From Candidatus Poseidoniales archaeon (lineage in GTDB: Archaea; Thermoplasmatota; Poseidoniia; Poseidoniales; Poseidoniaceae): a stretch of DNA of 64,000 nucleotides. Both the position numbers and the translations under genes were made by a program. Within the stretch, counting starts at the first letter, position 1, and every line of letters begins with the position of its first letter. The notes beneath the pieces were generated by a model. The model had not been told where the DNA came from. It searched no databases and was given only the letters and a program-made list of their open reading frames with translations. Below are positions 1 through 9,333 of the stretch, in pieces. Location: contig JAYQOB010000003.1 in assembly GCA_038144595.1 (NCBI GenBank), positions 1,949 through 65,948 on the forward strand, read 5' to 3'.

Positions 1-281
1 CGGGCCTCGTTCTCCGACATGCCTTCCTCCACCTCGGTGGGGTACTGAAAGACCGGTGTTTTACCGCTGCCGTGTTCTGACAGGGCGATCATCGCCGTCA
101 TTTGGGCTCGGATGAGGGTGGAGACGTGGACTTCGTCAATGGGGAGGTGAGCGATGGCACGACCGCCGTCTCGGGCTTCGTCAATGCCTTTGGGGGTCAG
201 GGGAACGTCCACCCAGCCTGTGAAGAGTTTCGCTGCGTTCCACATCGATTGGCCGTGGCGCATCAGGATGAGCAGGGACAT
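1..281 (-). CDS. gpmA: 2,3-bisphosphoglycerate-dependent phosphoglycerate mutase / histidine-phosphatase family protein, N-terminal 93 aa (gene runs off the window start)
   Basis: Not in the ORF track (no stop inside the window). Reverse-strand translation from the ATG at 281..279 reads MSLLILMRHGQSMWNAAKLFTGWVDVPLTPKGIDEARDGGRAIAHL... RHG-x3-WN followed by FTGW-DV-L-x3-G-x2-EA is the catalytic-His N-terminal signature of dPGM-type histidine phosphatases. Confidence 0.7.
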   Translation of the reverse strand, partial: MSLLILMRHGQSMWNAAKLFTGWVDVPLTPKGIDEARDGGRAIAHLPIDEVHVSTLIRAQMTAMIALSEHGSGKTPVFQYPTEVEEGMSENEA

Positions 282-329
282 GCAGGTGCCTCAAACCGTC
301 CACATGAAGGCAGGGCATGAAGGTGGCGC

Positions 330-1187
330 TCAGCCAATCAGCCACGGAACGAAAGCCAGCACCGCCAGCGGGAAGATACCCATCATCATGTCGCGAATAA
401 AGAGCAGGACGAGTGTTTTCGATTGGGTGTTGGTGCGCTCTTCGAATTCCTTCTGCAGTTTCTTGTCCACCACATCGGAGAACTTCCCTGCCCCGATTTT
501 GCCGACCTCTACCGCCGCCCCGAGGGCCACGCTGCTCACCAAGCCTGCCGGGGAGAACTTCCGGGCGAGCAATGCCCGCCCGGCCCAGACCTTGAGGGAA
601 TCCTTGGCCGCTTCTTTGCTGGCGTCGTTGATTTCTTTCTTGGTGACCGGCTTGTCTTTCTCACGCCCTGAAATCTTGCGAAGCCACTTGCGGGCACGCA
701 GACCAGCATCGGCCACCTTGCGGAGTTTGTTCACGTCCTGGCGCAGCACGGCCGTCAACATGCGGCGCACCCGAGCCACGCGGAACAGGTCGGCGACGAC
801 CCAGAAAAAGAGCGCCAGCATCAGCAGCGCGCCGCCCGTGTTGGTGACTTCCGACCAGGTTTGCCAGCCAATTGGGTCGATGAACATCCGAAGCAACAAG
901 ACCAGCAGCGGCGGCATCAGGAAGGCGAAGATTTCGTTGAACACCAAGAGGCCCATGCCCTTGACCGGTAGCGTGCGGAGTTGTTTGACGGCCCAACCGG
1001 CGTGGGGCGAGAGCTTGTTGATGGTTTCACGCATCGGTTTGGCGAGGATGAGCAAGCGGATGATGAACGGCAGCCAGAGGATGAACAGGACGTAGGCGTC
1101 CCACGGCCCTGCAGGGGGAAACGCGGGGAGGGAAATTGCACTCGCTGCCATGCTGCCTCGTTCTTGCATCAATCTCCCCCACTTCAA
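330..1187 (-). CDS. hypothetical multi-pass membrane protein
   Basis: 285-aa ORF with several hydrophobic helices (e.g. YVLFILWLPFIIRLLILA, GGALLMLALFFWVVADLF, MMMGIFPLAVLAFVPWLIG) and a Lys/Arg-rich middle segment. No family recognised. The overlapping plus-strand ORFs are low-complexity. Confidence 0.55.
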   Translation of the reverse strand: MKWGRLMQERGSMAASAISLPAFPPAGPWDAYVLFILWLPFIIRLLILAKPMRETINKLSPHAGWAVKQLRTLPVKGMGLLVFNEIFAFLMPPLLVLLLRMFIDPIGWQTWSEVTNTGGALLMLALFFWVVADLFRVARVRRMLTAVLRQDVNKLRKVADAGLRARKWLRKISGREKDKPVTKKEINDASKEAAKDSLKVWAGRALLARKFSPAGLVSSVALGAAVEVGKIGAGKFSDVVDKKLQKEFEERTNTQSKTLVLLFIRDMMMGIFPLAVLAFVPWLIG

Positions 1188-1256
1188 TCAAACGCCAACC
1201 ATCCGTGTGAGCGTACAACAACGAATGTTTTTGATGAACACCAGCAAGGGCTCATC

Positions 1257-1850
1257 ATGCGCTGGTGGATCCTCATCGTGGCCGTGTTGATTGGAGCCGT
1301 GTTGGCCGCCGGCATCATGGGCGTGCAGTACGAAGACACCGTTGAAGACATCCCGGTGCCCGCCGACGGAACGGGGTGCGCCATTGGCGAAGACGTCCTT
1401 CCCAAACCCCCCTACGGCGCCTGGTTGCCTGTGGAAGTGGACGCTGACTGGAACACGTCGTCCGTTTGGGTCGGCGTGATCACCGCTCAGGAACGCGCTC
1501 GCCTCATCGCCGCCTCAACCTTGGATTCTGACGTGGTGGTGGACTGCAACCCGGAAACGGTTGACTTCGTGGCCGGCGGACCCAACGCCCAATCCGAGAC
1601 GGGCTTTTCTTGGACGCTTGATGAGGAGGACCATTACGCCATCACCGGTGAATACGGCCTCGTGGATGACGGTTCGGGTGGCTTGCTCGACGGCGTGGTC
1701 GGTGACGGTGAAGGCGGTCCGCTCGTGACCCTCATCGACCTGGATGTGAACGCCCATGCCGCTGCCGGGCCAACGTTGCTGATTGCGCTCGGGGCGCTTG
1801 AAGCGTTGACGGTGGTGGCCGGCCTCATCTACGCCATGCGGCGCAAGTGA
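1257..1850 (+). CDS. hypothetical protein with N- and C-terminal TM anchors
   Basis: In-frame ATG at 1257 inside ORF 981..1850 gives MRWWILIVAVLIGAVLAAGIMG... (TM), an acidic extracytoplasmic middle, and a C-terminal TM (PTLLIALGALEALTVVAGLIYAMRRK). The upstream part of the tracked ORF overlaps the divergent gene. Confidence 0.5.
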   Translation: MRWWILIVAVLIGAVLAAGIMGVQYEDTVEDIPVPADGTGCAIGEDVLPKPPYGAWLPVEVDADWNTSSVWVGVITAQERARLIAASTLDSDVVVDCNPETVDFVAGGPNAQSETGFSWTLDEEDHYAITGEYGLVDDGSGGLLDGVVGDGEGGPLVTLIDLDVNAHAAAGPTLLIALGALEALTVVAGLIYAMRRK

Positions 1851-1923
1851 CCGCAAATTGACACCCAGCACGGTGTGTCAGAAACAGAGTCGGGTTGAAG
1901 AAGCGAATGTTCGTGGTTACCCC

Positions 1924-2483
1924 ATGGACGTCTTCTCCCACTGGCTCTGGGGCGTGCTCATCACCCGCAAGCACGTCAACTGGAAGGTCGCCGGACCGAT
2001 GAGCGTCCTGCCCGATCTCCTCGCCTTTGTCCCGTCCTTCGTCTACTCCACGATGCACGGCCTCGAGCGCCCCACCGTGGACGACACCACCAGACCTCGG
2101 ACTTCCCCGCCATCGCCTGGGACATGTACCGGTACACCCACAGCGCCGTGGTCGTGACCGTCGGCGTCCTCATCACGTGGTGGTTGTTCACCCGATTTTC
2201 TGGCTCCCGCCTCGAGTCCCAATTCGCACAGCAACACCGCTCCAAACCCCTGATGATGGCCTTCCTGCTGTGGCTGCCGTGGTACTCCAACATCCTGCTG
2301 GACATCCCCACCCACACGCTGCAGTTCTTCCCCACGCCGGTGTTCTACCCCCTCTCCGATTTCGGTGTTGACGGCACCCGGTGGTCCGACCCCGTCATCC
2401 TCGTGCCCAACGTGCTCTTGCTGGCCGGGCTGTGGTTCTACGTGAAGCGGAAGGACCGGTTGAAGGCCACCGAGCAAGCTTGA
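1924..2483 (+). pseudogene. DUF457/YdjM-like membrane-bound metal-dependent hydrolase, interrupted by an apparent 1-nt frameshift near 2085-2100
   Basis: MDVFSHWLWGVLITRKHVNW... (frame of ORF 1858..2157, ATG at 1924) continues logically as ...TSDFPAIAWDMYRYTHSAVVVTVGVLITWW...DIPTHTLQFF... in the frame of ORF 2124..2483. Together they form one roughly 185-aa polytopic protein. Confidence 0.5.
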
Positions 2484-2527
2484 GGCTGAACCGAAGGTAT
2501 GATGTTCATCCTGCATGTGGGAATTGC

Positions 2528-2890
2528 ATGGTCTTCACGCACGACATGGCGGACTGGCTGAGTTTCAACATCGACGAAGCCTGGCTTAAGGAAAACATCT
2601 CCTGGAAGGATTTCGGCACCGGTGTGCGCCTTGGCAAACTCAAGCGCGAGGAGAAGACCTCCCTCGTGCTTTACGAAGCCCAGTCCGACGTTGAAGTGGA
2701 TGCGTTCATGCCTCACAGTCACCCTGGTGGCGAGTGCTACGTCGTCCTCGAAGGCGAAGTATGGGACGAAGACGGCACCTACCCCACGGGCTCCATCGTC
2801 TGGATGGACCCCGAGTCCACCCACACGCCCAAGACGCGTGGCAAGACGCTCATTCTCGTGCTTTGGCCCCAAGGCGTCAAGGCCGCTTGA
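2528..2890 (+). CDS. cupin-domain protein (ChrR-like cupin)
   Basis: ATG at 2528 in ORF 2381..2890. Cupin metal-site pattern MPHSHPGGECYVVLEGEVWDEDG...HTPKT. The upstream part of the tracked ORF overlaps the preceding gene. Confidence 0.6.
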   Translation: MVFTHDMADWLSFNIDEAWLKENISWKDFGTGVRLGKLKREEKTSLVLYEAQSDVEVDAFMPHSHPGGECYVVLEGEVWDEDGTYPTGSIVWMDPESTHTPKTRGKTLILVLWPQGVKAA

Positions 2891-2925
2891 GAGACCGTCA
2901 TGGGTTAGCCGAGGGAACGGCAGCA

Positions 2926-3219
2926 TCAGTTGTTTGGCAGGTCGTATTCGCCACCCGAGAGCAGACCTTCGAACAAAAACGGCCCTGCGGGCACGACCGC
3001 TGCGATGAAGCCGTGAATCAGCGCCGTGCTCGTCCAGTGCTTCCCCACGCCCATCAGCAACAAGCCGACGTAGGCCACGAACAGACCGCCGTGGATGGAG
3101 CCGAACAGGGAGACCATTTCGGGCTCGCCCGAGATGTACTTGAGCGGCATCGCGTAGAACATCAGGATGAGGAAGGAAAAGCCTTCCAAATAGCCGACAA
3201 AGGTCACCCAGTGCTTCAC
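2926..3219 (-). CDS. DUF3817-family small integral membrane protein
   Basis: 97 aa. YAMPLKYISGEPEMVSLFGSIHGGLFVAYVGLLLMG matches the MPLKY...G-IHG-LF-Y core I recall for DUF3817/TIGR03954. GTG start overlaps the stop of the upstream ATPase (GTGA, 3216-3219). Confidence 0.6.
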   Translation of the reverse strand: MKHWVTFVGYLEGFSFLILMFYAMPLKYISGEPEMVSLFGSIHGGLFVAYVGLLLMGVGKHWTSTALIHGFIAAVVPAGPFLFEGLLSGGEYDLPNN

Positions 3220-4196
3220 GCCTTGACCTCGACCATCGGCCTACTTGAACCGCACGAGGGGCATTCCTGATCGTCGCTGTCGCCGTAGTTGTGCTTGCAC
3301 GCCGGGCACGCCGAAGCGAGTTCCATCTTGCCCATGGCTTCCACAGCCTCGCCCTGCAGGGAGAGGTAGCCGCTGTTGACGTTGCCCACGGTGTAGCGGC
3401 CGGCGCCACCGAGGCGCACGAGCAAGTCGGGCGGCAAGGTGACGGTTCCCGTCTCGTCGATGATCAGCTCACGGTCTTGGCTCAAGTCCTCCACGTTCAC
3501 GCCTTCGCCGTGTTCAGCGACAAAGCGGCCGTCCCGCAGTTCAAGCGAGCGGTTGGCGAAGGCTGCGACCTCCTTGGAGTGGGTCACAATCAGGAAGGAG
3601 ACCCCGTCGTTCTGGTGCAGGTCCTTGAACAGCGCCAGCACTTCACGGCTGGTGACCGGGTCGAGTGCACCGGTGGGCTCGTCGGCCAAAATCAAGCGAG
3701 GTTGCGTGATGAGGGCGCGGGCAATCGCCACGCGCTGCTGTTCACCACCGCTCAGCATGGCAGGGAGGGCGCTGATACGGTGCGCCATTCCAAGACGGTC
3801 CAGCATGGCGTCGGCCAGAGCGAGGGCCTTCTTCGAGGACACGCCCTGATGGCGAAGCGGCTGGGCGACGTTGTCCCGAGCGTTCAGGTCGGGCAGGAGG
3901 TTACCTTCCTGGAAGATGAACGAGACCGTCTTCTGGCGAAGTTCAACCAGTTCCTGACCGGTCAAGCGCGTCATGTTCTTGCCCGCCAAACTGACCGAGC
4001 CAGCGCTGGGTTTCATCAGGCCGCCAAGGCACTTCATGAGGGTGGATTTGCCGGAACCCGAAGGGCCGACCACGGCGATGGCCTCGCCGGCCTTCATGTC
4101 GATGTGGAGGCCACGAAGCGCGACGACGTTGCCGTCTTCGGCTTTGGATTCGTAAACGTGGTAGAGGCCGTCAGCATGCAGAATCGTATCGCTCAT
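3216..4196 (-). CDS. ABC transporter ATP-binding protein (MacB/LolD type) with a C-terminal zinc-ribbon extension
   Basis: Walker A GPSGSGKST, signature LSGGEQQRVAIARAL, Walker B LILADEPTGALD, H-loop VTHS. About 100 extra C-terminal residues end in CPACKHNYGDSDDQECPSCG. ATG at 4196 is preceded by GGGGGAG; alternative GTG at 4202 overlaps the permease stop. Confidence 0.85.
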   Translation of the reverse strand: MSDTILHADGLYHVYESKAEDGNVVALRGLHIDMKAGEAIAVVGPSGSGKSTLMKCLGGLMKPSAGSVSLAGKNMTRLTGQELVELRQKTVSFIFQEGNLLPDLNARDNVAQPLRHQGVSSKKALALADAMLDRLGMAHRISALPAMLSGGEQQRVAIARALITQPRLILADEPTGALDPVTSREVLALFKDLHQNDGVSFLIVTHSKEVAAFANRSLELRDGRFVAEHGEGVNVEDLSQDRELIIDETGTVTLPPDLLVRLGGAGRYTVGNVNSGYLSLQGEAVEAMGKMELASACPACKHNYGDSDDQECPSCGSSRPMVEVKA

Positions 4197-4198
4197 CT

Positions 4199-7100
4199 TC
4201 ACTCCCCCTTCAGCACGCTGGCCAAGTCAGCCTTCAGCGCCCGACGTGTGGTCACCAACAACGCCACCACAACGGCTGCAAAGACCGCCAGGGACACCAG
4301 AATGATCTGGGCCCACGGGTAGACGAGCGTCCGCTGGATGGTGGTGGTGGAGCCACCGAAGATTTGGAAGATAAAGCCGAAGATGTCGAAGAAGCCGTTG
4401 AACGACAAGGCGAGTCCCACACCGAGCACGATGCCCAGCACCATGGAGACCATCACGATGGAGAGGATCTCAAACAGCACGAGGCGAATGATTTGGTTGG
4501 GTGAGGCCCCGATGGCTTGCAGCACCGCGAGTTCCTTTTGCCGCTGGCTGAGCACGAGGGACAAGAACACGAAGCTCGAGGCGACCGCCGCCACGCTGGC
4601 GACGACAAACTGCAGCGAAAGCAGACCTGGCGTCCCGAAAATCAGTCCGCCGTTGCGTTCCACGTCCTTGTGGGTGCTCGACCAGTCGACCACGGAGGAG
4701 ACCCGTGCATCGGCCGAGACCTGAGAGGCGAGCGATTCGAGGGCGTCGCCTTCCACGCCATCGACGCGAACAATCCATGTCGTTGAGGTGTAGTTGGCCG
4801 CTGCATCGGCGCCGACGAGGGAAACCCAGGCGTCCTCACCGATGATGAGGGCCGAGGAGATGGTGGCTGCACTCACGCCCGGGATGTACTCGTGGGTGCC
4901 CATGTAGTACATGCTCGTGGTGTAGGGCGTGACGACGATGCGAACGGTCGTGTCGGCCAAGAAGAGGTCCGATGCGAGCGGCGGCGGGATTTGGGAGGGA
5001 CCGGACACACAGCCGGTTTCGTCCGCCGAGGAGCCGTCAGGGCACGTGGCGTTGGTCAGCGTGGCACCGGACAGGTCGAAGAAGCCGAACATGCCTTCGA
5101 GGTTGGCGTCGGTCAGGTCGGCGCCTTCCAGCGTCCCGCCCATGAAGTTCACGAGCACGGTGTTTTGCAGGTTCGCCCCTCGCAGGTCAGCGCCCGTCAG
5201 GTTGGCATCCACGAGAATGGATTCGCTCAGGTTCACGCCTGCCAAGTCGGCGTAGGACAGGTTGCTGCCCGAGAGGTCGATGCGGCTGATGTCGCGCCCC
5301 GAGAGGTCCTGGTTGGCCAGGTTGATGTCGGACCAGTCGCTGTCCATCAAGAGGGTGTAGGCGAAGAACAGCGTCTCCAAATCAGGCTGCTCGGTGCCGC
5401 CCGTGGCGAACTCAAAGTCGATCTTCTCCCACACGAAGGTGATGGTCTCGGACTTGTCGTCGCTGGCCTTGAGCAGCACGTCGTCGAGTTCGTTCTCGTC
5501 CCCGCCACGGTCGGAGCCCGGCAGGTCAAGGGAATAGGCAGCGTCGGGACCGGCGCTGAATCCACCGGCGGCGTAGGCGTTGAGCGTGGCGCCGATGTCT
5601 TCACCGGGCAAGGCTTGTTCGCTCCATTTGAGCACGTCGCCGTTACCGTCGAACAAGACGTAGGTCTGCAGCGCATCCCCGCCGTTTTGGTCGCTCAACG
5701 TCAACTCGGGCACGCTCGTGGCCACCGGCGTGGTCTTGGCGCTGGTGAACTCACCGAGCAAGGCCAACGCAGCGGCTTCGTCAATCGGTGTTTCAAGCGT
5801 GATTTGGAGGTCGGAACCGACCGTGGCGTCCACGGTCTTTTCGTCCACGAGCGTTCCCGGTGTAGCCCTGAACGGCGGCCAGGGTCACGATGGAGAGCGT
5901 CAAGAGCATGAGGACGGCGAGGCGGTTGACCGATGCGGCCGAGCCCGAACCCTTGAGGCCGCGCTTGACGTCCTTGAGCAGCGGCGTGCGGCCAAAGAGC
6001 ACCTGCATGATTTGCGGGCCTTTGGCACCGATGCGACCGAGCAGCAAGGCACCGCCGATCCACAGGGCAAAGGGCCCGAAGATGCCGATGAGGCCTTCAA
6101 TGAAGAAGTTGGAAACCAGACCGTCCTCGCTGCCGTTGGCCTCCAGCCACGTGTCGCCCACGGCGAGCATGCCGAACAGGAAGGCCAGCCAGTGGAGCCA
6201 GCGCTTGGGTTCGGCAGCGGCCGTGGTCTTGCGAACGCCCTCTTCGATTTCGAGTTCGATGAACTGGCGTGCACGGCTGCGACCGAAGAGAATCGCCAAC
6301 CCGAGGGTGGTGATGGCGGTGAACAGCGTGGAGCCGACGCTCAAGGTCGGGTTGACGTCGAAGTCGCCGGTTCGGAACTCCATGAACCCGACCGCCGACA
6401 GGACGACGGGCACGGCCAGCAGCGCCAGCAGGTAGCCGACGAGCCACGCCACCGAGGACATGACGAAGAGTTCCAGCAGGACCATGCTCTGCAAGCGCTG
6501 ACCGTCCGCACCGATGACCCGGTGAATGCTGACCTCCCGGCGACGTTGCTCGAGGGAGAGCACCAGCCCGTAAATCAGCACGGAAATGGAAAGGAAGACG
6601 ATGGGGATCATGATGATGTAATCGAAAATCTGAATCAACCCGAGGAAGATGTTCAGGAACAGAGTGGTCCCGCTGATGATGTCGGTGTAGTACAGCTCGA
6701 CCTCTTCGTCGGTGTAGGAACCGTCCTGCACCTGCGTGCCCAGGTTCTCGAGCCACTCGGCAGCATCGGCGGTTGAGGAGGTGGGCAGGGCCCCGCGGTC
6801 AATGGTGACGCCCAGGTACATGTGGTCGTAATCCATCAGGGTCGCTCGCTGGGCTTCTTCCATCACGGTCCACGTGGAGAAAATCGGGTTGAACGGCAGC
6901 GTGGGGTTGCCAAAGGGCCACGGTTCGTAGATGCCCATCACCGTCAAGTTTTCCACGGTCATTGACATACGGCAGTAGATCATCTCGTTGTTTTCCGGTG
7001 TGATTTCACCCGCACAGTTGTCCTCGTTCACCGTTCCCTCGAGCAGGGTGGATTCATCCACGACGTAAACGAAGGTCAGCGATTCGAGCACGTCGCCAAC

Positions 7101-7823
7101 ATTCGCTTGGGCTTCGCTGGCGATGGTGGACGGCAGGATAATGCCGCGATTTTCGGACATGTTCTCCGGCGTTGGCCACTCGCCCAGTCCCGCGATGATG
7201 TTCTCGCTCAGTCGGTTGGCCAACTCGCCGTCGAAGGCTTCGGGACCGAGGAATCGGATGGCACGCTTGTCGGAGATGGGCGGGCCGGCATCGGCGGCTT
7301 CGGGATAGTCGAAGGTGACGTTGCTCCAATAGGGGTTCTCGTCGTCCACGATGGTCCGCATTTCAAGCGGTTGCGCGACCACGAATTCCAGGTTGAAGAA
7401 GCCGCCACTGTGAATCCCTTGCCGGCCGAGGACGAGGGTGCAGTCGTTGAATTCGTCTGAGAATTCAGTCAGCAATTCATCGCACACACCGGTCATGGTC
7501 GTGGTGTTGTTCGACCAGCCTGTGCCGTTTTCCACCGGCGTGCGGGCGTATTCGATCTTGGCGTCAAAGGGCTCGGATTTGAGCGATTCTTCGAAGAAAA
7601 GTTGCGACAATCCAACGCCGTACGCAAGCACCGTCGTGATGACGAGCGAAGCGAGGAAGACGCCCGCGATGACGGCAAGACCACGCTCTCGTCCGCGCCA
7701 TGCTCCTTGAGCGGCCAGGCGAAGTGAACTGGGAAGTTCAACCACTTTGTGTTGAATCCGGCGGAGGCGGGAGCGGTCGGTGGCGAAGTCGGACGGAACG
7801 AGTTCCTTTGGCTCGGCGCTCAT
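4199..7823 (-). pseudogene. giant fused double-FtsX (MacB/YbbP-like) ABC permease, read as two overlapping ORFs (5793..7823 and 4199..5848) because of an apparent 1-nt frameshift near 5850-5862
   Basis: First ORF: TM1, a roughly 330-aa ectodomain, an FtsX 3-TM bundle (...LEQRRREVSIHRVIGADGQRLQSMVLLE...), more TMs, ending in a TM (VNRLAVLMLLTLSIVTLAAVQGYTG) followed by out-of-frame junk. Second ORF has no N-terminal TM. It starts in an ectodomain and ends in a second FtsX bundle (...LSQRQKELAVLQAIGASPNQIIRLVLFE...). Removing one G from the GGG run restores ...AAVQGYTGTLVDEKTVDATVG... Confidence 0.75.
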
Positions 7824-8596
7824 TCTTCTTCACCTCCATCGGTGGTTTCTGCCGATGGTTCAGGGTCATCCGATGTTGAGTCGGTCTCGTCCTCGTCGTC
7901 AAGACCCCAAGCCGAGCGGATGTCGGAGGCTTCCGTCCGACCGTCGTTGAGCAACAACATGCGGTCGGCGTTGGACGCCAAGTCGGGGTCGTGGGTGACC
8001 ATGAGGATGGAAATCGGGTTCTCTTCGTCGTGGCAGAGCGCCTTGAACAGCGCCATGACTTCCTTGCCGCTGGCGATGTCAAGGTTGCCCGTGGGTTCGT
8101 CCGCTAACAAGACGGGACGGTTGCCCGCGATGGCTCGAGCGATGGCGACGCGCTGTTGTTGACCGCCCGAGAGTTGGTCGGGGATGAAGTGCATGCGGTC
8201 GCCCAGACCAACCTTCTCGAGGGCAGTGCGGGCTGCTGCTTCCGCTTCGCCGGACGGCATGCCGGAGAGTTCGAGGGCCATGGCGACATTGTCCACGGCC
8301 GTCAGGTTGTCGAGCAGGTGGAAATCTTGGAAAATCCAGCCGACGAGTTCACGGCGAACGTCCACGACGTTGGACGGGCCTCGCAAGCCGTAGGAGCGCT
8401 CGCCCAGCGTGATGGTGCCGCTGTCGCCGGCGAGCAGACCGCCGATGATGTTGAGCAGGGTGGACTTGCCGGACCCGGACGGGCCCATCAGGGCGACCAT
8501 CTCGCCCTGCTTGATGTTCATGTCCACGCCCTTGAGGACCTGGAGTTTGTTGGAGCCGGAACCGAACGCCTTGGTGAGTCCTTCAACTGATAACAT
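7820..8596 (-). CDS. ABC transporter ATP-binding protein (MacB/LolD type) with an acidic C-terminal tail
   Basis: MLSVEGLTKAFGSGSNKLQVLKGVDMNIKQGEMVALMGPSGSGKSTLL..., LSGGQQQRVAIARAI, LLADEPTGNLD, VTHD. Tail is DDEDETDSTSDDPEPSAETTDGGEEE. ATG at 8596 chosen (the tracked ORF extends to 8713). Its stop overlaps the permease start (ATGA, 7820-7823). Confidence 0.85.
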   Translation of the reverse strand: MLSVEGLTKAFGSGSNKLQVLKGVDMNIKQGEMVALMGPSGSGKSTLLNIIGGLLAGDSGTITLGERSYGLRGPSNVVDVRRELVGWIFQDFHLLDNLTAVDNVAMALELSGMPSGEAEAAARTALEKVGLGDRMHFIPDQLSGGQQQRVAIARAIAGNRPVLLADEPTGNLDIASGKEVMALFKALCHDEENPISILMVTHDPDLASNADRMLLLNDGRTEASDIRSAWGLDDEDETDSTSDDPEPSAETTDGGEEE

Positions 8597-8711
8597 CTCA
8601 GCACCTTTCGTATCAAAGCGCACCGAAGATGTATATGAACCGATGTTTGAATTTCCCATGCAGTCCTCCATCCGGCGAAGCCTTCTTACACGGAAAAGCA
8701 AAGCGGAAATC

Positions 8712-9323
8712 ATGAGCGAGGTTCCTGTCAGCAGCGAGGAATTTCTCCTTCAGCAAGCGAATCAATCCTCGCAAGAAGAGGAGGATGAAGGCGTGCCCAT
8801 GTCTCGTAGAGCCCATCTAGGAACCGGTCTGTTTCTCACGGTGTTTGGGGGAATTTTTGGAGGCGGTCCACTGGCGGTGTTGGTCGGTATCGTGATGTCC
8901 GGCGAAGACCCAATTACACCACTGGCCCTCGGCGTTTTCTTTAGCCCGTTTATTCTCATCGGCGGAGGGCTGTTTATCTTCGGGATGGTCACCCTCGGGG
9001 CTGGCATCATCGGCTATCCGCTGATCAAAGAGTACGACGACGAGGACGAAGAAGAGGAGGATGGAGGACCGGTGTCGACGGCCTTCGCTTACACCAGCGA
9101 AGACGACATGGTGGAACAAATTCGTGAAACTCAAGTCCAGCCTGCCCTTGCTGAGCCAGGCGAGCGAGCACCGACCCTTGGGTGGGGCATGGCGCCTGCT
9201 TCCACGCCGACCACCAGCGACGAGGAGTCTTCGCCCGAGGAAGCACCACCTGCACCCAACGCTACCGAAACGGATGGCGGAGGTGCGTTCTGGAGCGGCA
9301 TGGCGAGTGGCGACAAGAACTGA
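8712..9323 (+). CDS. hypothetical membrane protein with Gly-rich TM helices and an acidic, Pro/Ser-rich tail
   Basis: ATG at 8712 inside ORF 8409..9323. The upstream part of that ORF is the typical antisense artefact of an ABC ATPase gene. TM segments are LGTGLFLTVFGGIFGGGPLAVLVGIVM and LALGVFFSPFILIGGGLFIFGMVTLGAGIIGY. The start is uncertain. Confidence 0.4.
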   Translation: MSEVPVSSEEFLLQQANQSSQEEEDEGVPMSRRAHLGTGLFLTVFGGIFGGGPLAVLVGIVMSGEDPITPLALGVFFSPFILIGGGLFIFGMVTLGAGIIGYPLIKEYDDEDEEEEDGGPVSTAFAYTSEDDMVEQIRETQVQPALAEPGERAPTLGWGMAPASTPTTSDEESSPEEAPPAPNATETDGGGAFWSGMASGDKN

Positions 9324-9333
9324 AGCCGAACCG

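Noticed and set aside
2438-6776. Several long ORFs (2438..3409 -, 3291..4322 +, 4892..5911 +, 5718..6776 +) overlapping the ABC operon
   Set aside because: They are antisense or out of frame relative to the strongly supported ABC ATPase and FtsX permease genes. The sequences are Arg/Gly/His-rich without motifs.
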